A stretch of 63,284 nt of DNA, counting the filler, from Octopus bimaculoides (taxonomy: Eukaryota), in assembly GCF_001194135.2 (NCBI RefSeq). It is 4 parts of 4 records of this genome, joined end to end, with 100 filler letters (N's around TTAATTAATTAA, not from the genome) between each part and the next. Parts side by side here need not be neighbours in the genome. Positions count along the whole stretch, not along the records: positions 1 to 29,518 come from NC_068982.1; 3 more parts are not named here. The stretch is one strand, 5' to 3'. The stretch's first letter is position 1, and every line of letters starts with the position of its first letter. Under the pieces are notes generated by a model. The model was not told the DNA's origin, searched no databases, and saw nothing but the letters and a program-made list of their open reading frames with translations. Of the stretch, positions 1 through 14,100 are shown in pieces. The position numbers and the translations under genes were made by a program.

Positions 1-67
<67 letters not shown>

Positions 68-185
68 GTATATATATATGTATATATATATATATATATA
101 TGTATGTATATATATATATACATACATATACATTCATGCAAATACGCACATATACATATACATATACACAAGTACATACATATAT
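1..185. repeat. (TA)n / (TATG)n microsatellite, one of dozens of (TA), (CA), (GA), (TACA), (GGT) and (CTA) tracts in the window
   Basis: Direct inspection. Confidence 0.98.
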
Positions 186-589
186 ACACATGATTAATGA
201 TTGACCTTTCAGGATCATATGAAAATAGAGAAAGCAGTTAGACATGACGCCAAAATTAAAGTTGAAAATGAAATACAACACCTGCACCACATAATTGCAT
301 TTTACTTTATTTTATTAAATATTCATCACTTCTTCCTGCTTTCTTTTTCTCTTTTCTTTTGTATTCTCCTCATTCTGTGAGATGAGTGAATAAACATGGT
401 TTATTTGGAAAAAGTATTGTAGCTAGTTTTACTTTACAAGATAAAGATATGTTATTAACAAGACACGACAAAAGCCATCAAGAAATTCCGTTCTGTGTAA
501 GAATGATACAAAATTTTACTAAAATCAATCAGTAGTCAAACTCTTCTATTAATTTTTTTTTTTCAGTCTTATATTCTGTAGGTGAAAGT

Positions 590-1110
590 ATGTGGCCTAG
601 TGGTTACAGTGTTGCACTCCTGATTATAAGATCATCATCATCAATCATAGGTTGGACTGTTTGATAGGAGCTGGCCAGTTGGAGAGCTGCACCAGGCTCC
701 AGTTATCTGTTTTGGCATGGTATCTATGGCTGGATGCCCTTGGCATGGAACCAGTACCAGTGATACTAACATGAGTACTTTTTAGGTGGTATCAGCACAG
801 GTGCTTTTTATGAGGTACCTGCATAGATGCCTATTACATGGTACCTGCATGGGTGCTTTTTACATGGCATCAGCACTGGTGCTTTTTATGTGGCACTGGC
901 ATCGTTTTTTTTTTACATGGCACCAGCCATGCACCTAGATCAGGTAGTGCATTGTGTTCTTGAGCAAAACACTTCATTTCACATTGCTCCAGTACACTCA
1001 GCTGTAATTAAATTCCAGCAATATCTGGGAAGTTAATTGTGATAGACAGGTATCCTATCCAGGAGCAGGGGAATGTTGTAATCTCAGTCACCTACACACC
1101 ATGAAAACTA
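590..1110 (+). mobile_element. Old SINE (head B plus decayed V-like tail), split by an RTE fragment
   Basis: Head at 590-631, resuming near 936 with tgtgttcttgagcaaaacac...cactcagctg and gtgatagacaggtatcctatccagg. Confidence 0.65.
632..935 (-). mobile_element. RTE LINE 3' UTR fragment inserted in a SINE head
   Basis: (CAT)n tail, ggctggatgccct core and repeated ggtgcttttta units, as in the other RTE 3' ends. Confidence 0.75.
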
Positions 1111-1586
1111 GGTTAAGCTCCATCTTATGAGTCCTAGGTTGCAAGATAAACCTAAAGGCAGTGTTCAGGACTCTTTACAGAGTCCCTGAGACTGGTGAGA
1201 GAGAGATAGAGAGAGAGAGAAGGAAGATATCCTCACAATGGAGACGTGGCCTGAAGTGGCTTCTACTAAAGGCATCCAACGTGTCTAGTGGTGGTCTTAA
1301 ACTGAGCTATGGATTATCTCTACTGATCCAGACAGGCCATGGTGGAATTTGAGCCCAAACTGCAAAGAACTGGAACAAATATCATAAAGTATGTCTTTAA
1401 AAGTAAAGAATGACACATTGAGTTCAGTTCCAGTAAGGGTTGACTTTGCTTTCAATCTTGTGGGATTGATAAAATACCTAGCAGCCAAGAACTAGGGATG
1501 GTTAATCAGACTACATTCCCTCCCACTTTATTTGTTCATTTATTCATTCATTTTACATCTGTTTTCCATGCTTTGATTGGTTAAAG

Positions 1587-1876
1587 CAGTGGTTCCCAAA
1601 CTTTTTTGGGCTGCCACCCCCTTGACATCCCAGCTGCATTCCTAGCCCCGCCCCCTTAACTAACCATCACAAACATAGACCTCTTTCTGAAGCAAATTCA
1701 AAGCAATTCCATTTCACAAATAAAACTTAACCTAATGAACCCATTATCATTAACCCATTATCTCCCCACTTTTTACATGAATCGCTACCCCATTATCGCC
1801 CCACTTTTCTTCAATGCCCCTTTGGAAATTTCCACTGCCCCCAATGGGGCAATATCGCCCACTTTAGGAACCACTG
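1587..1876. mobile_element. hAT-superfamily MITE
   Basis: TIRs CAGTGGTTCCCAAA / TTTAGGAACCACTG with a perfect 8-bp TSD GGTTAAAG (1579-1586 and 1877-1884). Confidence 0.92.
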
Positions 1877-2111
1877 GGTTAAAGGAATACATTTCATTGA
1901 GGTTTGTTTTACAGTCAAATGGCCTTCCTTTCACTGACTCTTATCTGCTTTTACTCAAAAAGGTCTTTTCATTCACACATGCACACGTGCGCTCACACAC
2001 ACACATGCATGCTCACAAGCACACACACACACATGCATGCACACGCATACAAGAATGTGTTCACAGTTCTGACAATCTATCAACTCTGGATTACCTTTTA
2101 CCTTTTTTTAG

Positions 2112-2530
2112 TAATTAGACTGTGGCCATGCTGGGATATTGCCTTGCAGAATTTTAGTTGAATGAATCAATCCCAGTACTTATTATTTTTTGTAAAGTCT
2201 GGTACTTATTCTATTGGTCTCTTTTGTCAAACAACTAAGTTACGGGGACATAAACACACCAACACCAGTTGTCAAGTGGTGGTGTGGAACAAATACAGAC
2301 AGAAAGGCGAGCTGGCAGAATAGTTAGCGCTCTGGGTGAAACGCTTAGTGGTATTTCGTCTCACTATGTTCAAATTCCGTCGAGGTCGACTTTGCCTTTC
2401 ATCCTTTCAGGGTCGATAAATTAAGTACCAGTTACTCACTGGGGTCGATGTAATCGACTTAATCCCTTTGTCTGTCCTTGTTCATCCCCTCTATGTCTAG
2501 CCCTCTGTGGGCAATAAAGAAAGAAATACA

Positions 2531-2579
<49 letters not shown>

Positions 2580-2730
2580 TCAACAGGCTTCTTTCAGTTT
2601 CTGTCTACTCACAAGGCTTTGGTTGGCCCAAAGCTATAGTAGAAGACACTTGCCCAAGGCACTGCACAGTGGGGCTGAACCTGGAACCATGTGATTAGGA
2701 AACAAACCTCTTTCCACATAGCCATGCCTG
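2112..2730 (-). mobile_element. SINE S1 interrupted by an S2 insertion
   Basis: 3' part at 2112-2301 and 5' part at 2524-2730. Confidence 0.8.
2302..2523 (+). mobile_element. SINE S2 variant nested in S1
   Basis: 11-bp TSD AAATACAGACA (2291-2301 and 2524-2534) and an (AAAG)-type tail. Confidence 0.88.
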
Positions 2731-3090
2731 CACCTATTGGTACCTTTTTTTTTTTTAAATTTCCCTGGAAGAATAAAAGTTGGCTCTTTAGAAATTTCTA
2801 GATGAAAACATAACATAGCCATGTGAAGTGGGAATATTGGTTGTAACAATTTGTATTGTATGTACAATAACAGAAATACTGACACCACTAACAACTTGAA
2901 TTGACACTCCAGTATATGACTGGTACTTACTTTATCATTCTCAGAAAGAGGAGAGACAAAACTGTCGCTGGTTGTGTTTGAAAATGTAGAAGGTAACTAA
3001 ATACTATAAATTATTTAGTTCAATGTTCTTCTGTTTCTGCTAATTCACCATTCTCATTGCTGGCACTTTGGCTATCAGTACTCTGTTCCT

Positions 3091-3122
<32 letters not shown>

Positions 3123-3578
3123 TCATTCTTTCACTAGGTGTGCCTTCACATTACACTCTTTTAACTTGATTCATTACCATGTAATGAATATACTTAATTT
3201 AAATTCCGTTATAAATTTCACAAAATTTTATTGATTTCTGACACACACACACACACACACACACATGAGTGTGTGTGCATGCATACATATATATTATAGG
3301 AAAATATTCTGCTGGGAAAATATATTCTTTCTTGGAAATATAATTTAGCATGAAAGTTGTACTAATTGCTATTATTATGAACATTATCTTTAGCAGCCAA
3401 TATCGAGTAACTGAACAGATTCATTGCTGGTTATTAGCAAGAAGGTGTTGGCTCCACCAGTCTAAAGGATTTATTAGATTTGGTCATCAGCAAAGCACAG
3501 ATGGTTCGTTGAGAGAGAAAATCAATTAGGCTCATTCTCTCTTTCTCTCTCTCTGATACAGACACACACACATGTACA

Positions 3579-3614
<36 letters not shown>

Positions 3615-4189
3615 CATACACATATACACACACATAGACATATATACATACACATATACACATGCTTATGTGTGTATGCATTTATATACATCCCTACTAC
3701 CTTTTTCTATCTGTATTTTGTCAATATTGAGATTGCACTTCTGTAACCATGATGTAATTCAGTGTCCATGCATTTGTATGACATGTATGCACATAGCTGA
3801 TCTTTTTTTGAGTCAGCCATTTAAAAATGGATAGCCTCCAAAGATAAAGGTATATATTTTCTTTTTTTCACAGCATTAACAGACTGTCAGAATTGTATAT
3901 TGATGGCTTATTTATTTGCAAGGCCATTTGCTTCTAACACCTTTTACTTGTTTAAACAATAAAAATGCTGGTCAAAACATAGACACAAAAAGCATGAGCA
4001 CAGCCAAATCTATCTCTCTCATCACACTCTGCTGTCTTCAAAAGGAAAAGACATTAAGTTCAGATCCCTGACAGGATCTGAAGGTTGATTTTGCTTTCAA
4101 TCCAGTGTGGTTGATAAAATAAGTAGCAGTCAAGTATTAGGGATGATTCTCAACCATTGCTGGGATTTTTCTCTGTCTATTTCTTTTGC

Positions 4190-4190
<1 letters not shown>

Positions 4191-4267
<77 letters not shown>

Positions 4268-4270
4268 CAT
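4191..4270. repeat. (ATT)n microsatellite
   Basis: Direct inspection; it lies between two S2-related fragments. Confidence 0.97.
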
Positions 4271-4271
4271 A

Positions 4272-4497
4272 AAAAGGCAGCAAGCTGGTAGAATCGTCAT
4301 CATGCTGGGCAAAATGCTTAGTGGAATTTCATCCATCTTTACTTTGCAAGTTCAAATTCCCCTCAGGTCGACTTTGCCTTTCATCCTTTTGGAGTTGATG
4401 AAGTAAGTACCAGTTGCACCCTGGGATTGACATAATTGACTTCCACCTCCCCACTCCCAAAATCAGGCCTTGTGCCTATAACAAAGAGGATTATTAT
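4272..4497 (+). mobile_element. SINE S2, CpG-decayed
   Basis: Colinear with S2 with many CG>TG/CA changes; it follows (ATT)n. Confidence 0.82.
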
Positions 4498-4799
4498 GAG
4501 TGGTGTTATCACTGAGTGAGAGAGTAGCACATGCCATCAAAGTGACACCGGAGTACAAATATATGAAGCCCAATATACCCATCATGACTGCCCATCCAAT
4601 AAGGGTACACCAGGCACATGCATCACAACTAAATATGTGTGACATGATGATTTCATATCAAGATAAATAGTGCATGACATTGCACTTTTTATCCAGTTAG
4701 AATTTTCTTCAGGTCTGGTAGTCCATCCAGCTCAAAAGGCCCCTGAATAAGGGTCGTTTAAAGATGATGAACAAAGTACCCATGTTTTCAGGAATTAAA

Positions 4800-4965
4800 T
4801 ATTCAAACTCCAAAGAATCCCTCTCAACACATGGCTATGATGCTTCCCCACTACTCCTGCTCATGATCAGAGATGTGCATATTGTCAGCCACTAAGGAAC
4901 ATGCTCAACTAGTTAAGGTCAAGCAATTGACAAGCAAATCTGTGGTATTGAGCAGAATATTTAAT
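4800..4965. repeat. Unclassified interspersed repeat, second copy at ~51210-51373
   Basis: ccaaagaatccctctca...cctgctcatgatcagagatg...gtggtattgagcagaatattt is present at both sites. Confidence 0.8.
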
Positions 4966-5735
4966 ATAGCCCATCTTCATTATTATTATTTGTTTTGCTG
5001 AAAAGATACACAAGGTCGAAATACTAGTGTCCCAAAGTCCCCTTACCCCCAATGAACTGATGTGCTTTGAACATCAACTTCCAATGAAGAAATTCAACAG
5101 CAGTTAGCATCTTAACATTGCTATCTGCTAGAATATATTAAGAATGAATATGTAATGTCATTGCATAGATACACTATGTTTGAATAAAACGAAGAGGAAG
5201 ATCGTGACTAATGCTTTTAATCATAGGCTTACCTTGATCAAGTTTACTTGTGTATAAACAATAATAACATGTTTATATCTTCTACAATTAGTTTGCTGAG
5301 TCTCTGGCAAGAGCACTTAACCTATTTGCCTCACTTCACATAACTGTGTCAGAATGTATTTCAGGTTTCTTCGAAAGATTTTCAGAGATAGACTGGCATC
5401 TGTTTAACATTACTAGAACTGGCATTAAGCATTGTTAGCTTTACTGATTTCGGTATAAGGAATAAGGAATTATATTCTTTTCTACTGGTTTCAGTCATTA
5501 AACTGTGACAATGCTGGGGTACCACCTTCCAAGAGTTTACTCATTCGCATCAGTTCCACTACATATATCCATCTGGTTCTTATTTTGTCTTTCATTTGTC
5601 AAGTCCCATCAAAGTATAGGACATAAAGGAACACAATATAAATATGGGTTTTTGGACTGGCAGAAGCACCAACACAGACCTCACATGCACACACACTCTC
5701 ATTTTCACTTTGCCAAATGAAATTTGACTGATTTG

Positions 5736-5791
<56 letters not shown>

Positions 5792-5989
5792 AAAAGGTTA
5801 ACTGAGTTAGAGGTCAAAATAACCATCTAAGGGATAGAAGTATCCATTACACTACTGGTATATTACCTATGTTTAACCATGGGCATACATATGCAAACAT
5901 ATTATGCTCATAAATTATAGGTAAAGACGAGGATAAACATAGGTTTATCAAGAATCAAAATTTAAAGAAAACAGAAAATGGAAAAGTAT

Positions 5990-6400
5990 TAGAATCCATT
6001 AACCCAATTTGCTGACTCTTTTGATGGCACACAGGTGTCGATGAACAAATGTATGACCAAATCCTAGCTTTTCCGCTAGTTCCTCAACAGTTACAATGGG
6101 ATTTTGTTCCACCAAGGTTTGCAGGACATCCTCGTCAAATTCTACAGATCTTCCAGATTGAGGCTTGTCTTCTAGGCTGTAGTTTCTGGCTCGGAATTTC
6201 TGAAACCACTGTTGACACTGGCTTATGCTTATCGTCCGATCCCCCATATACTGCATTAATATTTCTCACACTTTCCATTGCGTTGTTATCTTTATTGAAC
6301 ATATGAAGCAAAATATGCTGAATATGCTCCTTTGCCACTTCCATTATAGCTTTGAAAAAATAACTGTTAAAATCAAACTGCACTAAGAATAAGGACAAGG
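5990..6400 (-). mobile_element. Mariner transposase N-terminal (HTH) remnant
   Basis: MEVAKEHIQHILLHMFNK from ATG 6344, a frameshift, then QWFQKFRARNYSLEDKPQSGRSVEFDED...TVEELAEKLG...VHRHL...VSKLG. Confidence 0.9.
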
Positions 6401-6539
6401 TAAAATTACTACCTGCTTTTATAGCAAGTTGATGCAGGTAGTTTATCTCATCCCCCTCCAACTTTTAGTTTATGCAATTGAAAAAATCCGCATTATTTAT
6501 GGGATGACCCAATATATATGTGTTTGTGTGTGTGTGTGT

Positions 6540-6648
<109 letters not shown>

Positions 6649-7769
6649 TACACATACATTCATGTATGCAAGCACGCGTGCATGCACGCGTGCATGCACG
6701 CGCGCACACACACACACAAGGAACTGGTCAACCTGATGCTTCAGTGAAAGTTACTTGCCCAAGGCATTGAGCAGTGAGATTGAACTGAAAACCACATGAC
6801 TGAAGGAAACTTCTTTATCATATGACTACATCTGCACCTAAATATATATTTAAATGTATTTTCATTTTCTCTTAATTAACTCTGGAAAAAAAAATGTCCA
6901 ACTTATTTGAAGCATGCATGCTTACTCTGTAGAATATGTGCGAAACGTTGCATGAATATGCATCAGTTTCATTGTATACAGGTTTGCAGATAATATTGCA
7001 GTTGCTAAACATTATCATTTAAAGGAAACCATTCTTTGTAACCTCCGCATGTATGTGATATTGTATGTGTGTATTTGAATTAAATGTTTTAAGCTTGTGT
7101 TTTGTGTGTGTGTATGTATATGATAAAATTAAGTTTGTCTAAGTCTGTGTGTGTGTAGAGATACATGAAAATATGCATAAGTGAATGTGTGTATATAGAT
7201 AGATACTGCTGTGTGTGTTATGAATATATAATGAAATAAAGGAAGTGTAACAGTAAAAGAAGGGTCTTTGAACAGTATGTGCATATGTGTGTGTGTGTGT
7301 AAACACATGTGCATGCACCTGTGCATTTGAATGAATTGTGTCAAAACATGTTTCTGTATAATCAAATAGATTTTTGTTTGGCATGCATATATGTATATTC
7401 ATATATACTTGTATGTATATACATGCATTTGAGCATCTCTGCCTATTCACGTTTATGTGCAAATAGGTGTGTATGCACACATTCACACAACTGTACATAA
7501 ATAGTATGTTATATCACTAAGCAAGCTCTAAACCATATTTTGTTTCCATCTCATCTCTGACAATGCATCTTCCTTCTACTCTTTTTCATCTTTATAATAT
7601 TGACTTACATCTGATGTCTTATGTTTCCCACACTAGCTTCTAGCTCTCTTTTCATTTGTTATATAATTTCAAGGAATCCTAAACAGACCCCACCTTTATT
7701 TAAAAATATTTTTTTCTTTTATCTTCCTGTGTTTCATGTTTATATTTTGCTCTGTGTTATTAGTGTTTT

Positions 7770-7819
<50 letters not shown>

Positions 7820-9036
7820 ACAGATGCATGTATATGTCACTGTGTACATGTGTGGGAGTTGGCATGCATTTTGCTTATATATTTTACTGTTAATTTCTGT
7901 ATATAGGTTTATTTGCAAGCGTAAAAGAAGCAGAAAGACAAACAGAAACTAAGAGAATGGTTGTAGGGAAAAGTGATAAAGAGAGNNNNNNNNNNNNNNN
8001 NNNNNNNNNNNNNNNNNNNNNNNNNNNNNNNNNNNNNNNNNNNNNNNNNNNNNNNNNNNNNNNNNNNNNNNNNNNNNNNNNNNNNNNNNNNNNNNNNNNN
8101 NNNNNNNNNNNNNNNNNNNNNNNNNNNNNNNNCATCTACATTATATTTATTACATTTCAATTACCAGACATTAGTAGTTCAGAATTAAGATTATGATAGA
8201 TTTGATTTAGGTGGTGGAGGGAGATATTGTAGTGGTGGTGGTGGTGGTGGTGTTGATAATGGGGAGGCAGACTTAAGATTCAGAAACAAAGATTTATCCT
8301 TCTCTTCATCAGAAACATTGCTGATAAAATTACCTTTGTTTATATATATATATATATATATATATGTATTATTTATTCTTGAAGCTGTTTCCTTTGTTTT
8401 GTATTGAAAATGAACCAAATTTAAGGAAACACAGACCATGTAAAATAGGGATAGTTACTAAGACAATAAATCTTTTCCAAATTGAAGGGTAAGAATTTCT
8501 AGTTTATACCAAGTGTTAAGTAGATGAGAAATAAATATTCTCTGGGATATGATGCTGGTAGTCTACTGCATGTAATTTACTAAGACTAAGATAAGGATAC
8601 TGTCTCAGGGTTGTAAGCTATTTAGTTGCCTATAGTGGTTGAGTATACCTCTCTATGGCTTCTATTTACAGTTAGGTGTTCTGGGATATTGTAACCTAAG
8701 TGACACATTAACCATGCCAGCAACAAAATATAAGCTGTTGACTTCTTTGGCTGCTAGATAGACCCCACTGTAGACACAATTTAAGCAGTGAGAAAGCCCC
8801 TATGTGGTTGTTCAATCTCTAGAAATAGCAGCCAATTCTCCATTAAACCACACCATTATTTGATGGGAAAAAAGAAAAAGCCCATTGGATAATGGTGGCC
8901 TTACTTGATACACTCTATCTGAATAAAAGACTGAATGGTTGCTGCAGGAATGTCCTTTGATCAGGGCTGGCCTTGGGCTTGAAACATGGACCTCATACAA
9001 TGCATGTGTGTGTGTGTGTGTGTGTCTATTTGGTCT

Positions 9037-9148
<112 letters not shown>

Positions 9149-9149
9149 T

Positions 9150-9492
9150 AGTCATTGGACTGTGATCATGCTGAGGTACCACCTTGAAGGGTTTTAGTCA
9201 AACAAATCAGCCTTTACCTATTTTTTTAAAGTCTGGTAATTATTCTATAGGTCTCTTTTGCTGAACTAACAGGGATGTAAACAAATCAACATTGGTTGTT
9301 AAACAATAGAGGGGGAACACACGCACACACACACACTCACAATGGGCTTCCACAGCTTCTGTCTACCAAATCTGCTTACAATGTAATTCATTGCTTCAAG
9401 GCTATCGTAAAAGACAATAGCCTAAGGTGGCATGTAGCTGTACCGGATTCGAAATCACAGTTGCAAAGCAAGCTTCTTAACCACACAGCCAT
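9150..9492 (-). mobile_element. SINE S1, diverged
   Basis: Homologous along its length to 11312-11706. Confidence 0.75.
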
Positions 9493-9935
9493 ACATATGC
9501 AAACTTTACCTTCATATTTATATGATGGAGAACAAAAAAAAAATTAAAAGAGAAATCAAGATATAGTGGATGTAGAAAGGAGGATGATGATGTAAGGGGT
9601 ACTCTGGGTTGTAGAATGATGGCCATAAGGAGGGTGATTGTAAAAGGATAGACGATGATTTTACGGTAGTAATGGAGTGTAAGGAAAGGTAAGAAGGACA
9701 CAAGTTTATTAATCCTATTATCCAGGATTACTGCAGGAGGTGCAGATGAGAGCAGCTGCATCAAACTCTCTCATGCACCAAATGTCAATTTCTGAAGTAT
9801 AATTCGTGAAGTAAAATTTTGTAGCAATACCAAATGGCGGTGCCCCAGCATGGCCACAGCTCATGAGCTGAAACTAGATAAAATGAAAATGAAATAGTAG
9901 GGTGTAATTTTAGGGAGGTTTAGCTGTTATTTTAA

Positions 9936-10151
9936 CCCTTTAGCATTTAAACCAGCCATATCTGGCTCAAATAGTCAACCTCTTTTATATTCAGACTGGC
10001 CAAATCTGCCTGTAACACCTACCCTGCAACATCATTTTGAAAATATACAATCACATCATTGAATCTCTCTGCTACAAGATGATAAATGATTAATTGAAAA
10101 TATTGTGAATAAATAAGCATTAGATTTGACAGTAATGCAAATGCTAAAGAG
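9936..10151 (-). mobile_element. piggyBac-type MITE, same family
   Basis: TTAA|CCCTTTAGCATT ... AATGCTAAAGAG|TTAA; interior homologous to 22091-22310 in reverse orientation. Confidence 0.82.
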
Positions 10152-10808
10152 TTAAATTAGCAGGATTGAATTGAGAAATAGAACTCACACATGATGTGTC
10201 CCCAGGTAGCAAATAGAGGAATAATCTCTAGATAGAAGAGTTAGTGGTGAATATAGAAATAAGACATCTGGGGTTAAACATGGATTGCCCTTTGGCAAAG
10301 TATAGCACCTCACAGCCATCTGATCTTGGATTATAGGGGAAACCTTGAGAAGCATTCTGATGGATGTACTGTATTGCTGAAACATTTATCCACTGACCAA
10401 TGGTGACACTTGTACAATGCTTGGCAGAGGAACTTCTGTGGAATCAATGACCAAAATTGCCAATTTCCCTAAAGTGTATTACTGCTAATGTTTGTACATA
10501 GCTCAACCAACCATGGACATTATTAGTCAACAAAAGATTTGAAAATGTAAAGTTTGTTCAGATGTATAACAACTCAAATGACTCCAGATTCTTCATTTAC
10601 TGAATATAAGATTCAAATACTGCCCAAACTGGAGCATCATTTTATCCCTTTTGTTATATTATTTCTGTTGAAATAGACATGCTTTTGCTCTGGTTAATTT
10701 TTAAAATACCTAAGAATTTAGCAAAATATTTTGTCATAATTAAACTGGTGGTTGGAACAAAAATGAACATGAAATTTTGATGGAAGGTGTTAATTTAGAG
10801 CATTTTAA

Positions 10809-11023
10809 TCCTTTAGCAGTTAAACCAGCCATATCCAGCCCAAATATTCCACCTGTTTAATATTCAAACTTGCCAGATCCAGCCTCTCACACTTATCCTA
10901 CTATGTCATTCTAAAAATGAACAATCACATCATTGAAATCTTGAAGCCATGAGATAATGCATGATTAATTCAAAACAATGTAAGTAAATAAGCCTTACAC
11001 AGTAATCTGAATGTTAAAACAGG
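10809..11023 (-). mobile_element. piggyBac-type MITE, same family, degraded ends
   Basis: Interior matches 9936-10151. Confidence 0.75.
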
Positions 11024-11311
11024 ATGTTAATATTATAGAACCAAGGATGGTCTCAGGTGACCTGGTATCAAAAAGGTTGTGTAATATTTACTATATTAAG
11101 TAATATAATTTACTAACAACTTTTTCATAGATAAATATGTAATCACATTTCTCTTTATTTAGTCTTGTTGTTAAGTTCAGCCCTTTATGGGGCCTAAACT
11201 AAGATAGGAAATACATCCGACTGTAAGAATCTAATTGCAAGAATTCATGTAAGTTTTTAACCTTTTACGGAAACATCCAATTTAGTATCAGTATTGATCA
11301 GACCTGTACTG

Positions 11312-11706
11312 TTTTACTCTTTTACTTGTTTCAGTCATTTGACTGCGGCCATGCTGGAGCACCGCCTTTAGTCGAGCAAATCGACCCCAGGATTTATTCT
11401 TTGTAAGCCTGGCACTTATTCTATCAGTCTCTTTTGCCGAACCGCTAATTTACGGGGACGTAAACACACCAGCACCGGTTGTCAAGCGATGTTGGGGGAC
11501 AAACACACACATACATATATATACATATACATATACATTTATGCGATGGACTTCTTTCAGTTTCTGTCTACCAAATCCACTCACAAGGCTTTGGTCGGCC
11601 TGAGGCTATAGTAGAAGACACTTGCCCAAAGTGCTATGCAGTGGGACTGAACCCGGAACCATTTGGTTGGTAAGCAAGCTACTTACCACACAGCCACTCT
11701 TGCGCC
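11312..11706 (-). mobile_element. SINE type S1 (tRNA head, CCTTGGGCAAG CORE-like segment, internal microsatellite), full length and young
   Basis: Minus strand shows A box GTGGCTGTGTGG, B box GGTTCAGTCCC and tail CAGTCAAATGACTGAAACAAGTAAAAG. Nearly identical to 26478-26820. Confidence 0.88.
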
Positions 11707-13044
11707 TCTGAAGACACACTCTCCATCTTTAACCACTTCATCTTTTTCTGTATAATGCACTACAGTATTCAAGATATCTTTTCATTTTTAAAGACAATAA
11801 GGAATAATTTGAGGTACATTTGGCTGCTATTCTTGCAGGTCAAGTGGCTATGTTGAGGCCCTCTTGTTGGCACATTTAATTTCATGATTGATATGACTGA
11901 TGATCTAAATGAAAATGTGCTGTGTCGATGTGTATTGAGGAAATTACTGGATAGCAAAGGCAATTGGTTACTGATTTCAGGAATGGTCATGGTACTGGTT
12001 TGCAAATGTAATGTAATCAGATGGTACATACTGAATAATAAAGAATGGAAAAAACTCCCTAAAAACTGTTGTTATTGCTGTTTGACCCCAGTTTAGCATT
12101 AATCCAAGAGTTATGATGTAAAGCATTCCATATGGACTATTTTTCTTTTTTCTCTCTGTTTATCTAAGACATTATTTTACTTGCCTTTCCATTTTTAAGA
12201 GAATAAGCTGAGGTGAGGAAGATTTGGTTGTTGTTGCTAGCATGTTGAGCAATCACATAGAGGTTTTTTTTTTTGGTTTATAGAGGGCTTCTTTGGTTTA
12301 GAGTTGGTAGTGAAGATTATTTGTGATACAGATATTCAAAGAAAGACTTGGTTGAAAATAGGTCAGATCTGAGAATGTTGAACTTCCCAAATAAAAGAGA
12401 TGCATGGTAAAATGTTGAATACAAATTTATCATCTTGTGTCAGAATGCCAAAATATAAAAAAAAAGACAACAAAAAGAAAATAAAACAAAAAACAAAAGA
12501 TGTTAAATGCAGCAGGAGCAAAATTTGACGACAGCATGAAGATTATATAGATTAGTATTTCTAAATGAAATGTTTGTATAAAAATGTATTTGATATAGAT
12601 GTATAATAAAAGCAGTAAAAATAAACTGTTGGGAAACAAAATGGAAAATACCGACTTTGCTTGGAGCAATCTGGAACAATAAAAGAATCCATTAGTGCAA
12701 GTTGTGGAATTTTCAAAGATTTTAAATTTCTGTTTTTAATCCACTATTTTTCTCTCTTTTTGATCATGACAAAACAATGATGTGTTTTCTAAACATTTCT
12801 TGATTGTTTTTGCTGTTTTTCTAGAAAGATTATTTCAATGTTTTATCCTACATTTTATTTTTGTCATTCACATGTAGTTTATTTATTTACATGGTTATAT
12901 CAAAACTTTATTTACAATTATTAATAGATATATCTTGTCATTAATTATTGATGGAATTTATCCTCAAAAAAACAAAAAAACAAAAAAAAACAAGAGCTTA
13001 CTTACATTGACATGTACAAATTGTAAATAAGATAATAGATGCAA

Positions 13045-13217
13045 GTATAGCCTTGTGGTAAGAAATTTGGTTCCCAACCACATGGTTCTGGGTTTAGTCC
13101 TACTCAGTAGTACCTTGGGCAAGTGTCTTCTCTATCAGCCCTGGGCCAACCAAAGCCTTGTGGATGGATTTGGTGGACAGAAACTGAAAGAGGCCCATCA
13201 TATATATATATATATAT
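13045..13217 (+). mobile_element. SINE S1 5' half running into a gap
   Basis: catggttctgggtttagtcc...ccttgggcaagtgtcttc...gaaactgaaaga followed by (TA)n. Confidence 0.8.
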
Positions 13218-13809
13218 NNNNNNNNNNNNNNNNNNNNNNNNNNNNNNNNNNNNNNNNNNNNNNNNNNNNNNNNNNNNNNNNNNNNNNNNNNNNNNNNNNN
13301 NNNNNNNNNNNNNNNNNNNNNNNNNNNNNNNNNNNNNNNNNNNNNNNNNNNNNNNNNNNNNNNNNNNNNNNNNNNNNNNNNNNNNNNNNNNNNNNNNNNN
13401 NNNNNNNNNNNNNNNNNNNNNNNNNNNNNNNNNNNNNNNNNNNNNNNNNNNNNNNNNNNNNNNNNNNNNNNNNNNNNNNNNNNNNNNNNNNNNNNNNNNN
13501 NNNNNNNNNNNNNNNNNNNNNNNNNNNNNNNNNNNNNNNNNNNNNNNNNNNNNNNNNNNNNNNNNNNNNNNNNNNNNNNNNNNNCATATTCACTTTTACC
13601 GGTTAATAATGCTGGCTAGGCTCCATGAGTGTAGAAAAACTCCAGTTAGTTTATTTCACTATCCTCAGTAGATCTTCACATCTGTAAATCCATGTCTCTA
13701 TAGAGACTGCATGTTGTTGGTAGAGAAGAAATAATAAATTAATAATGAGTACAGAGATTTATATATCCAGTTTATATAAATCTCTGCTCTCCTTATTATT
13801 CATTTATAC

Positions 13810-13847
<38 letters not shown>

Positions 13848-13859
13848 GTGTGTGTGTAT

Positions 13860-14100
13860 GTTACTGTCTTGATGTCACATGATAGTTATAAATGAGTGTC
13901 ACAGTCATACAAATAGTGTCATTCATTTTCAGTATCCAATGAAAACATGTCTCATCTGATCATGTGGAAATATTACATTACTTGGAAATAGGTGACGGTT
14001 GGTGACAGGAAGGGCATCCGACCATAGAAAATGCACCTCAACAAATTCTTAGAGTTTCTTAGAAATTCTTAGAAGCATAGAAAGTGGACAATGAAATGAA
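13860..14100 (+). mobile_element. Old repeat ending in an RTE-like 3' tail (SINE or LINE remnant)
   Basis: ggttggtgacaggaagggcatccgaccatagaaa resembles the RTE 3' UTR core ggttggcgttaggaagggcatccagctgtagaaa. Confidence 0.5.
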
